A stretch of 43,158 nt of DNA from Actinomycetota bacterium (GTDB lineage: Bacteria > Actinomycetota > Acidimicrobiia > Acidimicrobiales > Ilumatobacteraceae), in contig JAPKZR010000288.1 of NCBI GenBank assembly GCA_026393695.1, forward strand, positions 1 through 43,158, read 5' to 3'. The translations under genes were made by a program, and so were the position numbers. This document shows positions 16,485 to 24,232 of the stretch, in pieces (the first letter of the stretch is position 1; each line of letters begins with the position of its first letter). The notes below the pieces were generated by a model. It made no database searches, had not been told where the DNA came from, and worked only from the letters and a program-made list of their open reading frames with translations.

Positions 16485-17570
16485 ATGCGCGTTGCAATCG
16501 TGATGCCTCCGGCAACCAGCGCCGATCCGGAGCAAACGCTCGATGGCTGGCCGTCGGTGGTGCACCAAGCGAAAGCGCTGCACGAGCACGCCGGTCTCGA
16601 CGTGATGGTGGCGTGTCGCACCACGCTGGCGTCGGCGGTTGCTCAGCGCGATGGTGTCACGTATCGGTTCATGAACACCGACACTGCCTTGGTTCGTGAC
16701 GTTGCGCGGTGGGGCCCCGATGTTGTGCACGTGCATGGGTTCGGATTCACGCGGCTCAACCTTCGGCTAGCGAGGGCGCTTCATCGCAAGGCGGCGATTG
16801 TGCTGCAACATCACGGGGAGACGCCCGGCCGTCGGCGCACGGTGTTGGCCCATCGCTTAGTGCGCCGCTCTGTGCAGGGCTACCTCTTCACCGGCGCAAC
16901 GTTCGGGCAGGCGCAGCCGTTCATTGATCGCGGGATGATTCGTGAAACTGCTGCGTGCTACGAGGTGCTTGAGGCAGCGAGCACGTTGCCCAGCGACCCC
17001 ACAGGTTCCTTGGCGGCCGTGCAGCTAGCGGGCAGTCCTGCTGTGCTCTGGGTCGGTCGACTGATCGAATCGAAGGACCCGCTCACCGCCATCACTGCAT
17101 TTGTACATGCGGCTACGAGTGAACTTCGCGATGCGCATCTGCATCTGCTCGCCACGGATCGATCACTTGAGCCACAGGTGCGTGCCGCCATTGCTGCGCT
17201 TGGAGATCTCAGGGCGCGCGTGCATGTTCATGATCCGGTCAGCGCTAGTGAGATGCAGAGTTGGTATCAGGCAGCCGACATCGTTCTGTCTACGAGTTGG
17301 CGCGAAGGATCCGGCTACGCACTGATCGAAGCGATCGCCGAAGGTTGCGTACCGGTGGTTACGGGAATCCCATCGCATCGCGCGATCGTGGGTGAGTTGA
17401 TCGGCACCTTCGTCCCGGGAGATGCGCCTGCGGCAGCGCAACTCATGGGTATCGCCTCGCGAATGAGCCGCGAGCTCGTGGCCAAGCACGCCAACCAAAC
17501 GCTCACGTGGCAAGCAGTCGCTCAGCAGCTTGAGCACGCCTACAAATTGGCCGTCTACTCACGCGCCTAG
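16485..17570 (+). CDS. GT4-family glycosyltransferase
   Basis: MRVAIVMPP... N-terminus and STSWREGSGYALIEAIAEGCVPVVTGIP (E-X7-E region). ATG 16485 lies 2 nt after the upstream stop. Confidence 0.85.
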   Translation: MRVAIVMPPATSADPEQTLDGWPSVVHQAKALHEHAGLDVMVACRTTLASAVAQRDGVTYRFMNTDTALVRDVARWGPDVVHVHGFGFTRLNLRLARALHRKAAIVLQHHGETPGRRRTVLAHRLVRRSVQGYLFTGATFGQAQPFIDRGMIRETAACYEVLEAASTLPSDPTGSLAAVQLAGSPAVLWVGRLIESKDPLTAITAFVHAATSELRDAHLHLLATDRSLEPQVRAAIAALGDLRARVHVHDPVSASEMQSWYQAADIVLSTSWREGSGYALIEAIAEGCVPVVTGIPSHRAIVGELIGTFVPGDAPAAAQLMGIASRMSRELVAKHANQTLTWQAVAQQLEHAYKLAVYSRA

Positions 17571-17597
17571 CGCCGCTCGCGGCTATTGTCGGCCGCT

Positions 17598-19133
17598 ATG
17601 CGTGATGTGTTGCTGGCTCATTCTTACTACCTCAACCTCGACGCGAAGCAGAAGTCAAAGATGCGGCCGTACCCGCCTCTGGCCACGTTGTATGCCGCAT
17701 CAGTGCTGCGCGACCGGGGCTACGACGTGGCCGTGTTCGACGCCATGCTCGCCGCCGACGAAGCCGATTTTGAGGCTGCGCTCGAGCTCCATCAGCCTCG
17801 CGTGGTTGTGCTGTTCGAAGACAACTTCAACTTCTTGTCGAAGATGTGTTTGGCCCGCATGCGCGAGGCTGCCATCACCATGTTGGGCATGGCGATGGCG
17901 CGGGGCTGCAAGGTCGCGATGTCGGGTGCCGATGTCACCGACCACCCCGAGGTGTACCTCGAGGCCGGCGCCGAGGTGTGCCTTCTCGGCGAAGGCGAGC
18001 ACGCCGTGGCCGAGATTGTCGATCGTTGGCTCGGGCGATCAATGGCCGTAGAACAGGTGGCCGGTTCGGCCGTCTTGGTCGACGGCGAAATCGCTAGCAC
18101 TGGCCACCGCTCGATCGAGCGCCACCCCGATGTGTTCGGCTTGCCAGCGCGAGACCTCATCGACATCGGTGCCTACCGCGACGCATGGCTTTCGCATCAT
18201 GGCGAGTTCTCACTCAACATGGTGTCGACGCGAGGTTGCCCGTATTCGTGTAACTGGTGCGCCAAGCCCATCTGGGGCCAGCGCTACTCGATGCGCAGTC
18301 CCGTGGCGGTTGCCGACGAGATGACGCAACTCAAGTTTCAACATGCGCCCGATCACGTGTGGTTCGCCGACGACATTTTTGGCCTGCGCAGCGACTGGCT
18401 TGCCGAGTTCGCCGATCACATCGAATCCACGGGTGGGGCAGTGCCGTTCACCATTCAGTCGCGCTGCGACTTGATGAACGACGTTGCCGTCGATGCGTTG
18501 GCTCGCTCGAAGTGCAAAGAGGTGTGGCTCGGCGCCGAAAGCGGTAGCCAGCGCGTGCTCGATGCGATGGACAAAGAAATCACCGTCGATGAGATTCGCG
18601 GCGCCCGCCGCCGTCTTGGCGAACACGGCGTTCGTGCGTGCTTCTTCATTCAGTTCGGCTACCCGGGCGAGACATGGGAAGACATCTGCACCACCATCGA
18701 TCTCGTTGCCGAACTCTTGCCCGATGACATCGGGGTCAGCGTGAGCTACCCGTTGCCCGGCACAAAGTTTTACGAGATGGTCAAATCTGATCTCACCGAT
18801 CACGCCAACTGGCAAGACTCCGGCGACCTCGCAATGATCTTCGCTGGCACGTACTCCACCGGCTTTTATCGCGCCCTGCATCACTGCCTGCACGACGACC
18901 TCGACCTTCGCCGCCGCGAGGCTGGGCTCAGTCGAGCGCCGCACCCGCAACTCAGCGAACTTGGTCTCGATGAGCACCGCGAGCGAGTCTCTACCGCGTG
19001 GGCTGCGCTGCGCGAGCGTGAGCCCGGCGAACGCAATCCGAACCCAACTCGCTTGCGTATTCCAGTAGCGGCCGAGGCGGTTTCAATCACCCCTGCCGCG
19101 GTCGAAGTCACGCTGAACGGCAACCACGCATGA
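17598..19133 (+). CDS. B12-binding-domain radical SAM enzyme (class B)
   Basis: The N-terminal Rossmann-like cobalamin-binding region is followed by TRGCPYSCNWC (CxxxCxxC). The track start TTG 17586 is possible, but ATG 17598 (MRDVLLAHSYY) is preferred. Confidence 0.88.
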   Translation: MRDVLLAHSYYLNLDAKQKSKMRPYPPLATLYAASVLRDRGYDVAVFDAMLAADEADFEAALELHQPRVVVLFEDNFNFLSKMCLARMREAAITMLGMAMARGCKVAMSGADVTDHPEVYLEAGAEVCLLGEGEHAVAEIVDRWLGRSMAVEQVAGSAVLVDGEIASTGHRSIERHPDVFGLPARDLIDIGAYRDAWLSHHGEFSLNMVSTRGCPYSCNWCAKPIWGQRYSMRSPVAVADEMTQLKFQHAPDHVWFADDIFGLRSDWLAEFADHIESTGGAVPFTIQSRCDLMNDVAVDALARSKCKEVWLGAESGSQRVLDAMDKEITVDEIRGARRRLGEHGVRACFFIQFGYPGETWEDICTTIDLVAELLPDDIGVSVSYPLPGTKFYEMVKSDLTDHANWQDSGDLAMIFAGTYSTGFYRALHHCLHDDLDLRRREAGLSRAPHPQLSELGLDEHRERVSTAWAALREREPGERNPNPTRLRIPVAAEAVSITPAAVEVTLNGNHA

Positions 19134-19966
19134 CCCTTTCAATCTCCGATCAGTTGGCAGAAACGGCTGCCGCGTTCGACAGTGTGGCGCCAACCTACGA
19201 CGGCCCGCAGGGCAATAACCCGCTCATCCAACGCATGCGCGACATCGTGTGGCAGCGGATCGAAGGGCTACTCAAGGGCCAGTCGACGCTCATCGATATT
19301 GGTTGCGGCACCGGCATCGATGCGCAACATTTCGCGCAGCTCGGCCACCATGTGTTCGCTACCGATTGGTCACCCGAGATGGTCGAGCGCGCGGGCGCTC
19401 GCGCCAACTGCGAGCCAGGTCAAATCACGGCGCTACGTGTTGGCGCTCAAGAGTTCGATCGCCTTGCGTCCGAGTTTAAGCTCGGCCCTGACACGATCGA
19501 TCTTTCGTACTCAAACTTTGGCCCGCTCAACTGTGTCCCCGACCTCGGGCACACCGCAGCATCGCTTGCTGCCATCACCCGTCCGGGTGGCTACGCAGTG
19601 TTCACCGTGATCGGTCGATACTGCCCGTGGGAAGTGGCCCACTACGTTCGCAAGCGCCGGTTCACCCGAGCCAAGGTGCGTTTCGAGCGTGAGTCGACGC
19701 CCGTCGGCATGAATGGACACACCATCTGGACTCGTTACTTCACGCCTCGCGAGTTCGCTCGTGAGTGGATCGGCGACGCCGATCAGTGGCAGGTCGAGTA
19801 CTACGAATCGCTGTCACTGTTTGTGCCGCCGCCCTATCTCGACAAGGTGGGCGAGAAGTTTCCCAAAGTGTTCGCTCGATTGGTTTCGCTCGACTTTGTA
19901 ACAGCGCGGTGGCCGCTCTTTCGCGGCATGGGCGATCACTTCATGCTCGTGATGCGCCGCCGCTAG
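19130..19966 (+). CDS. Class I SAM-dependent methyltransferase
   Basis: LIDIGCGTGIDAQHFAQLGHHVFATDWSPEMV carries motif I and the post-I acidic residue. The ATGA overlap with the radical SAM stop implies translational coupling. Confidence 0.88.
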   Translation: MTLSISDQLAETAAAFDSVAPTYDGPQGNNPLIQRMRDIVWQRIEGLLKGQSTLIDIGCGTGIDAQHFAQLGHHVFATDWSPEMVERAGARANCEPGQITALRVGAQEFDRLASEFKLGPDTIDLSYSNFGPLNCVPDLGHTAASLAAITRPGGYAVFTVIGRYCPWEVAHYVRKRRFTRAKVRFERESTPVGMNGHTIWTRYFTPREFAREWIGDADQWQVEYYESLSLFVPPPYLDKVGEKFPKVFARLVSLDFVTARWPLFRGMGDHFMLVMRRR

Positions 19967-20006
19967 GGCGCAACTCGCACGTCGCCAGATCTCTGAGCTC
20001 GTTGAT

Positions 20007-20029
20007 GGCGTGGCACCTGGCGCCACGCC
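20007..20029. terminator. Candidate bidirectional hairpin between convergent genes
   Basis: GGCGTGGC-acctggc-GCCACGCC is an 8-bp GC stem. It lies in the 81-nt gap between the methyltransferase stop (19966) and the giant protein 1 stop (20048). There is no U-tract. Confidence 0.35.
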
Positions 20030-20047
20030 ACCAACGAACGCTCGTAC

Positions 20048-23000
20048 TTACCTCCTGATGAGCACGCTCGACGCTGTACTGCCGCCGCGTGACGCAACCA
20101 CGTTGATGTTCGCATTCTGTGGAACGGTTGAACCCTTGGCAGTGAATGTCCAAGCGCCAAGGGCGTCAACGACTGCGGTGCCGATGAGCGTTCCGGCGCC
20201 AGGTACGTTTCCGGTGCGAACCGTGATGGTGTTGGCTAATGGAAAGCTTGCGGTGCCAGCGGCGGTCCACTGATTCTTCGTCGTGCGGAATTCGGTGCCA
20301 GCGGTGATTGTGACGGATCCAGCACTGGCGGTCACGGTTACATCGGCTGTCGAGGTCACGGTGCCACGGTTCGAAACGGTGACTCGGAACGACAGGTCCT
20401 TGAACTGTGCTGGCATGGTGAATGTGGGTCGTGCGGTGTCGGCTCCGGTGAGCACCACTGGAGTGCCGGTGAGTTGGGTCCATGCGAATGTGGTGGCGTT
20501 GCTTGAAGCCGATGCATCAAGCGTGACCACGCTCGACTGGTTGGCCGCAATCGGGGAAACAGCCTTCGCTACAGGAGCAGGGATCACCACGACGAAACCA
20601 GCGCCGGTGCCGGTGCCGTTGGGCGACAAGATGGTCACGTAGCCGGACGTGGCGTGTACCGGAACTGTGGCTGTGATCGTCGTGTCGTCCACCACGGTGG
20701 CTGCCACGATGGCGCCGTTGAAGCTCACCTGGGTAGCGCCAAGGAATCCGGTACCGGTGATCGTGACGAGAGTCCCAACCTCGCCGGACTCGGGGAGGAT
20801 GGACGTGACGTCGGCCAACGGAATCGCCACTGCGTCAGCAATTGTGGTGGTAGGTGCTGGCACGGTGACCGTGAATTGGCTCGGCGCCGCGACGTCTCCA
20901 TTTGGTGTGAGCACCTTGACATCGACAGTGCCCTCAAGTGATCCGACGGGAACGTTTACGGTGATGGTCGAGTCGTCAACAACCACGAATGAAGCGCTGG
21001 CCGAAATGCTTCCGAAGAGCACATCGGTGGCTGCGGTGAGGTGCGTACCAGTGATCGTGACGGCTTGTCCGACCTCGCCCGACGATACGTCGAGGCTGGA
21101 GACGGTTGGGGTCAGCGGGTTGTGGAGCACGTTGAATGGTGTTCCCGAACTCACGACTACGTCTGAAGCGACCGAGTTGATCGACGTGGAGTGAGCGATG
21201 GTGATCACGATGTCGCGGCCGCCCTCAGGGGCAAGCTTTGGCACCTGCACCTCGAGGCGAGTTGCGCTGATCACCTGGAACATTGCGTCGACGCCGCCAA
21301 TGGTCACCGTGGTGGCCTTATCGAGACCAAGGCCGCCGACATGAACGGAGCTGCCAGCGAGGCCGCCGATTGGGTCAAAACCCAGCAATGCAGGGGCGGT
21401 CTGGTCGAGCGCAGGTGTTGGTGTGATGCCCTGCGAAACCGCCGAGGCAGTCGGCAGATCGAGCAGCGATGAATCGCCAGCAAACGTTGTGGCATCGCCA
21501 TTCGGAATGAAGCTCAGGATTCGATCTGCGGCAGAAGATAACGGTGCGTTGCTGTAGACCGATGTGCCGATCGGGCCCGTGGGAACTCCGCCGGTGGCAG
21601 CGGCCGCAGCTGCAGCAATCGCCGCCAACATGCGTGGGTCGCTGTCTGAGTATGGAAATGGAGACAGTGGCTGTGGCGTTGCTTCGCAGCCTGTTGCTGT
21701 GCAGCCGCCTGGGCTGAGACGACGGTCAAGATTCCACGGGACTCCCTCAAAGGAGTACGGCATGTTGAAGGTGTCCAAGTTGAGTTCGAGGGCGTCTGGT
21801 AAGGCCATGCCGCCGAGGCTGATTCCGAGTGGGTTCAGATACTGGCCGTTTGTTGACTGAGCGCCATTGATGTCGATCGAGAGCAACGGTGCGAGAGAAG
21901 ACTCGGTGGCCTTCTTGCGGGTCTTGAAATGGATCTCGTGAGGGATCGGGCTCAAGACAGCGAACTCGTCGGCTTGCGAATAGGTGGTAGGGCACACGGG
22001 TGCAAACAGAACTTCGTGATTGAGTTGGGCGCATGGCGACAAGTTCGCAGTAGCACGCTTGGCGAAGTCGCTGTCGTAACGAATCACGAACGTGCCAGCG
22101 ACAACACCAGCACAGCTCAGCGCTCGGCCAGCGGCCTCGCAGCCCTTCGACGAAGCGAGTGGAAGCTCGTGGCTCTTGTTTGCGGCCGGGTCATAGTGCA
22201 CGCTCCAGCCGAGCACGTCGGCAACGGCCTCAGTGGTGGCGCCGATGAACAGCGAGCGAGCGCGCTGCAGCTGGAAGCCAGGCATGTCGATGAAGGCTTC
22301 GGTCAGGTGCATGTAGTCGGGCTGATCGGCAACCGCGCTGGTCTGCAATCCGTACGAGATCTGCGAGCTGTGCGCCGAAAGGAAGCGAACGCCGCCAACG
22401 GATTCGTAGTTGCCGTCGACAAGGATCGAATCGCCGAGCAGCAGCGGCGCCATGCGGCGCGAGTCGGCGGCCACTCGAAGTGGCGCACCAGCCGAGTCAA
22501 GGCGGTTCGTGGTCGGGCAGAACGTGTCGCCTGCCCCCGTTGCATCGCTCGGCGTTGGCAGCGCAAATTCTGGCAGCGTGGCGCTGGCTTGGCGAACTGT
22601 TGTGCTGGGGATGCACAGCGGGTAGCCGGTGGAGAAGATGTTGGTGTAGTTGTCGATGTCGAGCGCAAAACGAGGGTCAGCGCTGCAGTTCCTTGAGCTG
22701 ATGGCACAGCCCTTGCCGCTTTGCACGGTGTGGCGTGCGGTGGGGTCGTTCAGACGAACCATGGTGCCAGTCGTTGAGTCGCCTGGCCGGCCATTCATCA
22801 TGAACCAGCCCTCGTGGTAGTTCACATAGGTCACGGTGCCGTCGACATCTTCGAGGCCTTTTTCGATGAGCGCGTCGCCGACGATGACGTCACCTGTCGA
22901 CACGCGGTTCGCGGCGAGCGTGGCGATCGAGCCCGTGCCGGTGAGGTTGCATCGGTCGGCCTTGGCGAGTCCGGTTTCGCCGGTCTTGAGGCACGCTGCC

Positions 23001-23290
23001 GGTGCTTGCGCGAACAACTGCTGCAACGTGAGCCGGTTCGCTGGAAGATCAATCAGCAAGTTGCGCGGGATGATCACGTTCTGACCACCTACCACCATCT
23101 GCCCGCCGGCGTAGATGTCGCCAGCGACACCATCGGCGTTGAGCGTGATGCGTTCGATCTCGCCCACAATTCGACCTGACGTCGCCACGGCATGAGCTGG
23201 CGCAGCGTTGGTGAACGGAAGACCCACAGCAAGCACCGCCAGTGCAGCGAGAGTTTTGCGAAACATTGAGGTGTTGCTCGACGTATTCAT
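20048..23290 (-). CDS. Giant secreted protein 1: unrecognised Cys-rich N-terminal domain + IPT/TIG repeats + PKD-like domain + C-terminal Ig-like domain
   Basis: Signal peptide MNTSSNTSMFRKTLAALAVLAVGLPFTNAAPAHA. Three IPT/TIG-type units, e.g. SILPESGEVGTLVTITGTGFLGATQVSFNGAIVAATVVDDTTITATVP. A PKD-like unit VTLDASASSNATTFAWTQLTG. Start is set at ATG 23290, with ATG 23266 as an alternative. Confidence 0.85.
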   Translation of the reverse strand: MNTSSNTSMFRKTLAALAVLAVGLPFTNAAPAHAVATSGRIVGEIERITLNADGVAGDIYAGGQMVVGGQNVIIPRNLLIDLPANRLTLQQLFAQAPAACLKTGETGLAKADRCNLTGTGSIATLAANRVSTGDVIVGDALIEKGLEDVDGTVTYVNYHEGWFMMNGRPGDSTTGTMVRLNDPTARHTVQSGKGCAISSRNCSADPRFALDIDNYTNIFSTGYPLCIPSTTVRQASATLPEFALPTPSDATGAGDTFCPTTNRLDSAGAPLRVAADSRRMAPLLLGDSILVDGNYESVGGVRFLSAHSSQISYGLQTSAVADQPDYMHLTEAFIDMPGFQLQRARSLFIGATTEAVADVLGWSVHYDPAANKSHELPLASSKGCEAAGRALSCAGVVAGTFVIRYDSDFAKRATANLSPCAQLNHEVLFAPVCPTTYSQADEFAVLSPIPHEIHFKTRKKATESSLAPLLSIDINGAQSTNGQYLNPLGISLGGMALPDALELNLDTFNMPYSFEGVPWNLDRRLSPGGCTATGCEATPQPLSPFPYSDSDPRMLAAIAAAAAAATGGVPTGPIGTSVYSNAPLSSAADRILSFIPNGDATTFAGDSSLLDLPTASAVSQGITPTPALDQTAPALLGFDPIGGLAGSSVHVGGLGLDKATTVTIGGVDAMFQVISATRLEVQVPKLAPEGGRDIVITIAHSTSINSVASDVVVSSGTPFNVLHNPLTPTVSSLDVSSGEVGQAVTITGTHLTAATDVLFGSISASASFVVVDDSTITVNVPVGSLEGTVDVKVLTPNGDVAAPSQFTVTVPAPTTTIADAVAIPLADVTSILPESGEVGTLVTITGTGFLGATQVSFNGAIVAATVVDDTTITATVPVHATSGYVTILSPNGTGTGAGFVVVIPAPVAKAVSPIAANQSSVVTLDASASSNATTFAWTQLTGTPVVLTGADTARPTFTMPAQFKDLSFRVTVSNRGTVTSTADVTVTASAGSVTITAGTEFRTTKNQWTAAGTASFPLANTITVRTGNVPGAGTLIGTAVVDALGAWTFTAKGSTVPQNANINVVASRGGSTASSVLIRR

Positions 23291-23648
23291 GATTGCTTGC
23301 TCGATTCGATCTGCTGGGCCTGGTGGGCATCGGGCCACACGGGATGCTCTCGAAAACAAGAACCCCCGGATGACGTCCCACCATTTAGAACCCGGACAGG
23401 ACATACGGCAATACGTCGTACGAAGTAGTCCCTTTGGCCGCGTACCAGGTCGGCAGCAACGCTGCGAACGGGTGGTGATGCCTTCGGCTTCGAGGGGCTA
23501 GCGCCGACACGATCGAAGTCGTCACCGCGCTCGGCGAGACGTGCCGTGCTCGTGCGGAGCAATACAGGCAACGATCTCAGCAATTGCTCAACGAGTCGGA
23601 TGTCTCCTCAGTGCTGAGCAAGATGACGAGCGTGCATGCATCGAGCAC

Positions 23649-23684
23649 GAGTCGTAGGCCGTATACGCGTTGGCCCTACGACTC
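23649..23684 (-). other. Strong hairpin in the spacer between the TM-protein gene and giant gene 1
   Basis: Plus strand reads GAGTCGTAGGCC-gtatacgcgtt-GGCCCTACGACTC, a 12-bp stem with one bulged C. There is no U-tract on either strand. Confidence 0.5.
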
Positions 23685-23709
23685 GGCCGAATTGCCCGCC
23701 GTGTCCCGG

Positions 23710-23720
23710 CAAAATGGTGT
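23710..23720 (-). promoter_or_regulatory. Shared leader motif ACACCATTTTG (minus strand), copy upstream of giant gene 1
   Basis: The same 11-mer occurs at 27739-27749 upstream of giant gene 2. It is AT-rich in a GC-rich background. Confidence 0.4.
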
Positions 23721-23746
23721 ACACAAAAGACCAGCTTGTGAGCTGT

Positions 23747-24226
23747 TTATGCCCCGAAGCGGAGGTCGAGCTTGTTGCCGGCGGCTGCGAGCGATTCGGC
23801 GGTGACCACGAATGGGTCGCGTGAGCCGATAACAACTTGGTATTCGCCGAGCACAGGTGGGTCGCTGATCTCGAGCGAATGAACGCACGAAGTGCCCTCG
23901 GCGCGGCCGGTGCCAAGGCGCCCAGAGGCCACTTTGCTGCCGCCCTTATCGAGCACGGTGATGGCCCCGCCGTCGCGGAATTCGGGGAAATTCTCGGCCG
24001 TTGCGCACGGATTGCCAGCGGCAGACGCCACGGTGATGGTGAGTGTTCCCTGGAGATGGCGCCGAGTGGTGCCAGACGTAGCAACGTAGAAGATCACGCC
24101 GCCAGCCACCAGCACGGCGAGAGCGACGCCAATCGCCGCCCTCGCCTTCGTGCTCTGTGTGCTGAACTTGCCCGAAGGTGCCGCCGATTGAATGGGGGTC
24201 GATGGCTGTGTTGCTGCGTCCGGCAT
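23747..24226 (-). CDS. Small single-pass membrane protein, function unknown
   Basis: One hydrophobic helix (AAIGVALAVLVAGGVIFYVA) follows a polar N-terminus. ATG 24226 lies 6 nt after the giant gene 2 stop codon (24233-24235). Confidence 0.65.
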   Translation of the reverse strand: MPDAATQPSTPIQSAAPSGKFSTQSTKARAAIGVALAVLVAGGVIFYVATSGTTRRHLQGTLTITVASAAGNPCATAENFPEFRDGGAITVLDKGGSKVASGRLGTGRAEGTSCVHSLEISDPPVLGEYQVVIGSRDPFVVTAESLAAAGNKLDLRFGA

Positions 24227-24232
24227 GGCGGC

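Noticed and set aside
18210-18977. 255-aa ORF antisense to the radical SAM gene
   Set aside because: It overlaps the CxxxCxxC-bearing frame and has no motifs.
13336-19966. Calling the cluster a lasso-peptide BGC
   Set aside because: The HprK-like kinase and NTP_transf_5 fit, but no Asn-synthetase-like cyclase, transglutaminase-like protease, PqqD/RRE or clear precursor is present in the window.
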